DNA from: Minisyncoccota bacterium
Lineage (GTDB): Bacteria > Patescibacteriota > Minisyncoccia > Minisyncoccales > JAGOPM01
Length of the DNA: 54,949 nt
Reading direction: 5' to 3'
NCBI GenBank assembly: GCA_041651395.1
Contig: JBAZJI010000003.1
Location: 1 to 54,949 of the forward strand
Positions within the stretch are counted from its first letter, which is position 1, and each line of letters opens with the position of its first letter. Position numbers and translations under genes: made by a program. The notes beneath the pieces are model-generated. The model saw only the letters and a program-made list of their open reading frames with translations. It had not been told where the DNA came from and searched no databases. Positions 15,788 to 22,063 of the stretch are shown in pieces.

Positions 15788-15800
15788 GGAGGACGTTGAG

Positions 15801-16094
15801 ATGGGAGACATGGCAGACTATGTAAATGAGCTTATGTGGGACGACCTTGTTGAAGAGCCAGAGGACTCCAATTGGTTGCAATTGACGCGAACATATAGAT
15901 ACAAAGTTTTGGCTATCATAACCGAGACAGACAAAGCATGGCTCCTCAGGATGAAACAACCAAGATGGTCTACCAATATAGACAAGATTTGGTTTCCAAA
16001 ATCTTGCTGTAGTATAAACCTTAAAACAGGTAAGATTAGTGTACCAGCCTGGTTAGTACAAAAGAAGAAACATCGTTCTACTGGATGGATATAA
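15801..16094 (+). CDS. Hypothetical protein
   Basis: GGGGAGG SD. Tracked ORF. Confidence 0.6.
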   Translation: MGDMADYVNELMWDDLVEEPEDSNWLQLTRTYRYKVLAIITETDKAWLLRMKQPRWSTNIDKIWFPKSCCSINLKTGKISVPAWLVQKKKHRSTGWI

Positions 16095-16113
16095 CCCAAC
16101 AAAAGGAGATAAT

Positions 16114-16833
16114 ATGTACAAGCAGAAACTTATTGATGGTATCAACAGGCTAAATAGTGTTGGCTTGGGTACTGGTGTAGAAGTGTTTATATCCAAACAG
16201 AAAGTGTTGGACTTAGCAAACCAACTCCCGGACGCCCCCGACTTGAAGGAGTTGGAGGAGCGGGTGTTGGCGCTTATCCACCCAGGATATATTTTTGGCG
16301 GGCTTGGGGAGAGAATTCGAGAAGCGTTCCGCAACTTCACTCCCGCGTCTGTTTCCCCTTACAAAATCATTATCGGAGGAAGGACGGTCGGGGAGATACC
16401 AATAGTAGACAAAGCAACTGGTAGATGCTCCGGTGATTGTCCACTATTTGTGGATAGTGTTTGGGATTCAAGTTTGGATGGTTGCGCCCTTCGGCTAGGA
16501 GTAATGAAGGAATGGATTGATAAACATGATAGATATCATAAAAAAGAACGTTTTCTTTATCCCAGCCCTGACTGCCCACGTAGTCATAAGCCAATTCACA
16601 ATTCCAAGCCCGAACGCCGCATTAACCGGATGGAGGATTTGACGCCGGAAATGGTGGTAGAGGTTGTAAACACTAATGATAATTCAATTCAAGAAGCCAT
16701 GAATATTAAATTAATAGATGAGCGTGGATTTTATTATGTTAATAATAACATCCCACGATACAAAGGTTATATATCAATAGAGGAAATATTGGGCTGGAAA
16801 AATTACTATCTCCGCATGAAGGAGGAAAAGTAA
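16114..16833 (+). CDS. Hypothetical protein
   Basis: AAAAGGAG SD. 239 aa. Confidence 0.65.
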   Translation: MYKQKLIDGINRLNSVGLGTGVEVFISKQKVLDLANQLPDAPDLKELEERVLALIHPGYIFGGLGERIREAFRNFTPASVSPYKIIIGGRTVGEIPIVDKATGRCSGDCPLFVDSVWDSSLDGCALRLGVMKEWIDKHDRYHKKERFLYPSPDCPRSHKPIHNSKPERRINRMEDLTPEMVVEVVNTNDNSIQEAMNIKLIDERGFYYVNNNIPRYKGYISIEEILGWKNYYLRMKEEK

Positions 16834-17159
16834 TGCCACCTTGTATTAAGTGTGTCCATGAACGCTGCGCCCACGGGGATTCATTCGGCGCGGAGCTATC
16901 ATCCTTATGCAAGGAGTGTGGAGAGGGGAAAAACTTCCACCCCGCCGACTGCCCCGGCCCCCCCAAATATCTGCCGGAGGGGACAGTGCCGGGAGATGGT
17001 TGGTACATAATGGAACGACATGAGAATGGCTATGTTACCTATTTACTTGTGCAAATTACTGGGTCATCAGTCAATTCATATTCTTGGATTCGGGCACTGG
17101 TAAATGAAATTCGTAAAGGCGCTCGTTTCGCGCCGATAGCGTTGCCGGAGGAGGAATGA
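16833..17159 (+). CDS. Hypothetical Cys-rich protein
   Basis: AAGGAGGAAAAGTA-ATG. CIKC ... CKEC. Confidence 0.6.
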   Translation: MPPCIKCVHERCAHGDSFGAELSSLCKECGEGKNFHPADCPGPPKYLPEGTVPGDGWYIMERHENGYVTYLLVQITGSSVNSYSWIRALVNEIRKGARFAPIALPEEE

Positions 17160-17160
17160 A

Positions 17161-17352
17161 ATGAAGATTGTCGCTACAATTATGAGTTGCACCCCTTTCG
17201 GAGCCATAGAAAGCGTTTCCGCAATTATAGAAGTTGAAGAAGAAAAGCTGCCTGAGATTGTTAAAGACCACTTGGAATATAAACAGTGGGCTAAAGATAA
17301 TGGTAAAAATAACGATTGCGCGGGAATGAGCCTTTCGTTTTTGGAGGAATAA
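17161..17352 (+). CDS. Hypothetical protein
   Basis: GGAGGAGGAATGAA-ATG. Confidence 0.55.
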   Translation: MKIVATIMSCTPFGAIESVSAIIEVEEEKLPEIVKDHLEYKQWAKDNGKNNDCAGMSLSFLEE

Positions 17353-17353
17353 T

Positions 17354-17509
17354 ATGCATGGAGAATACCCCAAAGGAGCTTTATTATCCAGTAATCCCTA
17401 TCAAGATGTTTATCGCTGTGTTGCTTGTGATGGAACTGGATATGATGAAGATACCGATAAAATATGCCCTCACTGTCATGGCGAGGGCGTGATTAGGGAG
17501 GAGGAATAA
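17354..17509 (+). CDS. DnaJ-type zinc-finger miniprotein (51 aa)
   Basis: Hand-translated. GGAGGAATAAT-ATG. Two CxxCxGxG motifs (CVACDGTG, CPHCHGEG). Confidence 0.55.
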   Translation: MHGEYPKGALLSSNPYQDVYRCVACDGTGYDEDTDKICPHCHGEGVIREEE

Positions 17510-17510
17510 C

Positions 17511-17963
17511 ATGCCTTGGTGGTGGGAGTGGCTTTTATTTAAACGTAACATGTGTACGTCCTGTCAGTTTTTCTCTGAGGATAGAATTGGATGTTCCCAA
17601 AGTGAAGACTATTCATGTATAGAGGCTGATTGGGAACGCAACTTAATGAGAGGTCTTAAATGTGCATCGCTAAAGGAATTGCTTTTAACATTAGAACTAG
17701 CTCAGCTCCGCAATGAGAGGGACGCGGCGCTGGCAAAAGTGAAAGAGTTGGAGGAAAAGTTGGCCGCCACAGAGGAAAAAGATATTTGCGGCCTTTGTGG
17801 TGAACCAGGAGCCGATAAAATAGCTCATCCGGAGCATTGGCCAGGGGAGCAGATTCCCAATACACCCTATGTCCATGAGGAGTGTGAAAAAGAAGAATGT
17901 GAACGCGCTCACGCAGCATTGTCGGCTAAAGAGCGTCAGGCGTTTTTGAGAGGCATGAGATAA
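17511..17963 (+). CDS. MPWWWEW-family protein, copy 1
   Basis: GGAGGAGGAATAAC-ATG. Coiled-coil LRNERDAALAKVKELEEKL. C-terminal Cys/His cluster. Confidence 0.65.
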   Translation: MPWWWEWLLFKRNMCTSCQFFSEDRIGCSQSEDYSCIEADWERNLMRGLKCASLKELLLTLELAQLRNERDAALAKVKELEEKLAATEEKDICGLCGEPGADKIAHPEHWPGEQIPNTPYVHEECEKEECERAHAALSAKERQAFLRGMR

Positions 17964-17984
17964 CCATACCGGAGGAGGAATAAC

Positions 17985-18296
17985 ATGCCTTGGTGGTGGG
18001 AGTGGAAACCAAAGATATTCAGGCTATCCCGGGAAGGACAATGTTTTGAGCAATGCCATTTCCAGGACAAGACACATTGTTATCTCGATTCCCCCGCTGT
18101 TTGTCCTGGAAGATTTTATGAAGTAATATATTTGGCCAATAAGTTTTTGAATGAGCGGGACGCGGCGATTAAGGAGCGGGATGATCTAAAAGAAGCAATC
18201 ACGTCTCAATGCAAAGAATGTACGTACAATGACGATGTATGTTGCCTAATGCTGGGTTGCTCATTGCGGCGTTTTAGATTGTGGGTGAAGATATGA
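17985..18296 (+). CDS. MPWWWEW-family protein, copy 2
   Basis: The same 35-nt SD/start block as copy 1. LNERDAAIKERDDLKEA. Confidence 0.65.
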   Translation: MPWWWEWKPKIFRLSREGQCFEQCHFQDKTHCYLDSPAVCPGRFYEVIYLANKFLNERDAAIKERDDLKEAITSQCKECTYNDDVCCLMLGCSLRRFRLWVKI

Positions 18297-18688
18297 TTGA
18301 CAAGACCCCTTCCGAATGGCGGGAGATAAACAAGGTGTTGGCCGAGTTTGATGGGTGGGGAAGTCAGGAATATCAGAGTCACAATGGGGAGACCATTACC
18401 GTTTGGTCTTGTGGTGAATTGGAACGGGATGAGCCTTTAAACTATTGCGGATCCCTTGACCTAATGGCCAAGATCGAGGAGAAGATGAAAGAGGATGAAT
18501 CGTTTATAACATTGGCGGACGGTTGGGGAACGTCTACTTATTGGCATCTCTACTGGCTTAATCTATATAAAATTCTAGGAATCAATGACGATACCACTAA
18601 AAGAGATAATGATTTAGCTTTTGCTCACGCCCCCGCCGACGTCCGCGCTGTGGCGGCGTGGAAGGCGATAACGGGGAAGGAGGGATAA
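18293..18688 (+). CDS. Hypothetical protein (possibly phage ABA-sandwich-like)
   Basis: ATGA overlap at 18293. INKVLAEFDGWG motif. The family assignment is tentative. Confidence 0.5.
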   Translation: MIDKTPSEWREINKVLAEFDGWGSQEYQSHNGETITVWSCGELERDEPLNYCGSLDLMAKIEEKMKEDESFITLADGWGTSTYWHLYWLNLYKILGINDDTTKRDNDLAFAHAPADVRAVAAWKAITGKEG

Positions 18689-18689
18689 G

Positions 18690-18878
18690 ATGGAAATAAT
18701 AATTCTGTGGCTTCGTGCTTTAATCGGATACCACAATATATTTAATGGGACAACTTGCGAAATCTCGGAACGTCTTTGGGATGTCCACGACTACCACGTA
18801 GAAAAGGGCGGCGATGGAATACCCACGCATTTTCATTATTATGAATGTCCCAATTGCGGCAATACTTTTATTATTTAA
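18690..18878 (+). CDS. Hypothetical protein with C-terminal CPNC
   Basis: GAAGGAGGGATAAG-ATG. Confidence 0.55.
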   Translation: MEIIILWLRALIGYHNIFNGTTCEISERLWDVHDYHVEKGGDGIPTHFHYYECPNCGNTFII

Positions 18879-18965
18879 GGAAGAATAAATCCAGTTATGC
18901 CTAACCGCTCAAGCAAAAAAGCCAAATTAACGCTATGGATATAAGGCGATTAAAAGGAGGAAAAC

Positions 18966-19190
18966 ATGCGTAATCTTGTTTTGTCATTCATTGGTATTCT
19001 CGTTATTAGTGGTTTCTGTGGTCTATGCTACTGGGCTGGTTACAACGGAGGTTTAAGCCGTCAGCCTATCTGCAACTGTGATGATGCTTACTCCGATTCT
19101 AAAGCAGAGTTTGAGAGTACCATCAAGAATTACCAAGAGCTATTGAATGACTGTACCAAGAGAATAGTTGCTGGCACAGAAGTAAAATAA
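18966..19190 (+). CDS. N-terminally anchored membrane protein (lysis-cluster candidate)
   Basis: AAAAGGAGG SD. TM LVLSFIGILVISGFCGLCYWAG. Confidence 0.55.
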   Translation: MRNLVLSFIGILVISGFCGLCYWAGYNGGLSRQPICNCDDAYSDSKAEFESTIKNYQELLNDCTKRIVAGTEVK

Positions 19191-19203
19191 CAAAGGAGAA
19201 AGT

Positions 19204-19365
19204 ATGAATGCTTCTGCACTTAAACCATTAGAATTATATAACTGCCAATTTTGTGGTGAACAAATAGTTCTGCTACCGAGACCAGAAAATACAACCATTG
19301 TATCAACAATTAGAATATGTCCAACCTGTGCTACCACACTAACAAAGGAGGAAGAACAGAAATGA
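19204..19365 (+). CDS. Zinc-ribbon miniprotein (53 aa)
   Basis: Hand-translated. AAAGGAG SD. CQFC ... CPTC. Confidence 0.5.
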   Translation: MNASALKPLELYNCQFCGEQIVLLPRPENTTIVSTIRICPTCATTLTKEEEQK

Positions 19366-19592
19366 AAGACTGGCATATTTTTGCTACCATCATGTGTCTC
19401 ATTATTCTAATCGGCTTCGCTGTATGGAGCAACCGTACCCCGACCGTTTCTGTCTCCATAGGCACCATCGTCTTAGGCAACACAGACTCTGCCAAAGAAG
19501 TAATCTCTGCTATAACCGAGGACACCAAACGCAAAATTGCCACCGAGTGGCCCAAATCAAAGGAGGATGCACCCAATGCCAAAGTTCAGTGA
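19362..19592 (+). CDS. Single-pass membrane protein (holin/spanin-like candidate)
   Basis: ATGA overlap. AAGGAGG SD. TM IFATIMCLIILIGFAVW. Lies directly upstream of the peptidase. Confidence 0.55.
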   Translation: MKDWHIFATIMCLIILIGFAVWSNRTPTVSVSIGTIVLGNTDSAKEVISAITEDTKRKIATEWPKSKEDAPNAKVQ

Positions 19593-20028
19593 CATTTCTT
19601 TGCTTCGACTTGCAGATGTTGACAGCCATTTAGTAGAGATTTTTATGGATATTATTGAATGGTACGACTGCTTTGTTATGTACGGCAAGCGTACTCCCGC
19701 CGAACAAGCCAATCTGCGGCGATTGGGTAAATCCAAGCTAGCTGTTGGCTATCATATGGGTCGGCCATATCATCCGTTAACTATTAGCTCCACTGTCCGC
19801 GAAGTAGATTTAACCGCCCCGGCTTGTGCCATAGACGTAGCTTCTTATCCGTATAAAGACCCCATAACTCCCAAAGACTATTACCCGTTTTATCACTTTG
19901 GGGGCTTGGTTCAGGCGACAGCCAGGAAGCATAATATTGAGCTACGCTGGGGTGGAGACTGGAATAGAAACAACAATCTTTTCGACCAAACATTCAACGA
20001 CTTAGTTCATTTTGAGTTGGTGGTATAG
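19576..20028 (+). CDS. Peptidase M15 family cell-wall hydrolase (endolysin candidate)
   Basis: GKRTPAEQANL ... AIDV ... LRWGGDWN ... DLVHFEL pattern of L-alanyl-D-glutamate/VanY-like peptidases. ATG 9 nt after AGGAGG. Confidence 0.75.
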   Translation: MPKFSDISLLRLADVDSHLVEIFMDIIEWYDCFVMYGKRTPAEQANLRRLGKSKLAVGYHMGRPYHPLTISSTVREVDLTAPACAIDVASYPYKDPITPKDYYPFYHFGGLVQATARKHNIELRWGGDWNRNNNLFDQTFNDLVHFELVV

Positions 20029-20030
20029 CC

Positions 20031-20282
20031 ATGAAAGAACTAGCCAACGTTTATAGAACAGTATACGGTCCCGCTTTGTCTGAACGTGGTCTGGAATCCC
20101 AACTACATATCACAACTATTCTTCGTTTCTCTAAAGAAACCGTTGCCCGAAAGACCGCGCAACACCAAGGCCGCGTGGATAATGAAGTGGCTCGTCAACT
20201 AAACAGTTTGTTTAGTGGCAAATTTAAATTTACCAAAGCAACCATCAAACGCTTGCGTCAAGGAGGCGATGAAATAACATGA
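20031..20282 (+). CDS. Hypothetical protein
   Basis: Tracked ORF, tightly packed with its neighbours. Confidence 0.55.
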   Translation: MKELANVYRTVYGPALSERGLESQLHITTILRFSKETVARKTAQHQGRVDNEVARQLNSLFSGKFKFTKATIKRLRQGGDEIT

Positions 20283-21586
20283 GTTTCGACCCAACCAAAA
20301 CCACTCTTGTAATAATGCAAGCCAGTAAAGTAACCGTTGGCGACCGGATGCGCCGAGCAGATGCGGATATTTCAGCCATGAAAGCCTCTATTGAGAAACA
20401 TGGCCAGATTCACCCGATTGTGTTAAACCGCGATAACAGTCTTGTGGCTGGCTTCCGCCGATTACAAGCCTGTAAAGCTCTGAATATCCCAGTCGTTTGT
20501 GTCTATCGTGACCAACTAAACGCACTTCAAGCCAAAGAGCTAGAGTTGGAAGAAAACATCTGCCGAAAAGAGATGTCTTGGAGTGACCAAGTTCTTGCAA
20601 AACAGGAATTAGACCGATTAAAGAAAGAGCTTTATGGTGAGCGGCACAAAGGCTCTCAAAAATCTGCTGGCTGGTCCACCAAAGACACAGCTAAAGCGTT
20701 GGGGGAGTCGACCAAACAAACCCGCGATGATATAGCTTTAGCTGGCTTAATCAAAAAGATGCCATCTCTTGCAAATATTGGTACAAAAGGCCAGGCTCTT
20801 AGAGCAGCAAGAGAAATTACTATTCGGGAGAAGTTTGCCAGTGACGCCGAGAAGAAGGTTACGCCGGCAGTAAAAGAAATGGTACTCCTGGGCCGATGTG
20901 AAGCCGTTCTGCAAACACTAAAACCACGCTACTACGATGTTATCTGCACTGACCCGCCGTTTGGAACAGACCACAACAAAAACATCAAGCAGACCAAGAA
21001 CGCCCCGGTTGGCGAGCAACATACCAGCTATATGAAACTCTATTCTGATACCAAATCTGAATATGTTATCATGATGGGCCGAATTATTCCTGAACTCTCG
21101 CGAGTAGCCAAAGACGAATCGTTCTTATACTGCTTCTGTCAACCCATGTGGTTCCCCATGTTGGTCGGCTTATTCATGGATAACGGTTTCTCTGTCTGCC
21201 CTTTTCCTCTTCTCTGGATTAAACCCGTAATCGGAGCCACCGTTCGTCCCATGACTTGGCCATCCCAGTCTTACGAATGTTGTTTATTTGGCCGCAAAGG
21301 TAACATTCTTTTAGTCGAGCCATTCAAAGCCTGGTTCATGCAAGACCGATTAAACCCCAACGATAAACACCACCCAGTCGAGAAGCCAGTTGACTTACTC
21401 TATAACATGCTCAAGCCCATTGCTCGCCCAGGCATGACTCTTATCGACCCGTTTGCTGGTTCTGGTTCGACTTTAGTTGCTGCGTTGAAACACAAAATGA
21501 TTCCCCAAGGAATAGAGATGGACAAAGACTACCGTCATTATGCTTTGGATAATCTAACGAAATATTATGCCAAGAAAGGAGAGTAG
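20279..21586 (+). CDS. ParB-like nuclease domain fused to a DNA methyltransferase (N6A/N4C, beta class)
   Basis: N-terminal GQIHPIVLNRDNSLVAGFRRLQA. Motif IV TDPPF precedes motif I IDPFAGSGST. Confidence 0.8.
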   Translation: MSFDPTKTTLVIMQASKVTVGDRMRRADADISAMKASIEKHGQIHPIVLNRDNSLVAGFRRLQACKALNIPVVCVYRDQLNALQAKELELEENICRKEMSWSDQVLAKQELDRLKKELYGERHKGSQKSAGWSTKDTAKALGESTKQTRDDIALAGLIKKMPSLANIGTKGQALRAAREITIREKFASDAEKKVTPAVKEMVLLGRCEAVLQTLKPRYYDVICTDPPFGTDHNKNIKQTKNAPVGEQHTSYMKLYSDTKSEYVIMMGRIIPELSRVAKDESFLYCFCQPMWFPMLVGLFMDNGFSVCPFPLLWIKPVIGATVRPMTWPSQSYECCLFGRKGNILLVEPFKAWFMQDRLNPNDKHHPVEKPVDLLYNMLKPIARPGMTLIDPFAGSGSTLVAALKHKMIPQGIEMDKDYRHYALDNLTKYYAKKGE

Positions 21587-21587
21587 A

Positions 21588-21866
21588 GTGAAACTCGGTA
21601 AACAAATCATTTTAACCCAAGTCCAAGAAATAATCGACTCTGTAACTCAACTGGTCCCCGACGCCATCATCCCTTCGTCCAAGCAAGACCACATCTGCAT
21701 CCGCATGTCCCCCATCTCTCCCTGTTACTATCTCCCCATGCAGAACGAGGAGTCACCAGTAATAGTCGAATGGTCCCCATCCGACTCTATCTCGTTATTT
21801 CCTATGTACCGTTGTCCCGAAAACTTTTTCCAAAGCATTGCCGCTTTATACCAAGGAGGTTTATAA
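21588..21866 (+). CDS. Hypothetical protein
   Basis: GTG 21588 after AAAGGAGAG. In frame with tracked ORF 21567..21866. Confidence 0.5.
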   Translation: MKLGKQIILTQVQEIIDSVTQLVPDAIIPSSKQDHICIRMSPISPCYYLPMQNEESPVIVEWSPSDSISLFPMYRCPENFFQSIAALYQGGL

Positions 21867-22051
21867 TGGGATATTTCTCTCTCGGCTTTGTCTGCGGAGT
21901 AGCCATCTGTGTCCTGGGTGAGTATCTTGATAGACGTAACCAATCCGCCGAACATAAAGTAACCATGAGTCAAATCGAGGATTTCAAACGCATCCGACAT
22001 GAGTCAAATGGCACTCAAATAATTGATTCTACCACCAAACGTCATTTATAG
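21866..22051 (+). CDS. Small membrane protein (61 aa)
   Basis: AAGGAGG SD. MGYFSLGFVCGVAICVLG TM helix. Confidence 0.5.
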   Translation: MGYFSLGFVCGVAICVLGEYLDRRNQSAEHKVTMSQIEDFKRIRHESNGTQIIDSTTKRHL

Positions 22052-22063
22052 AAAGAGGCGGTT

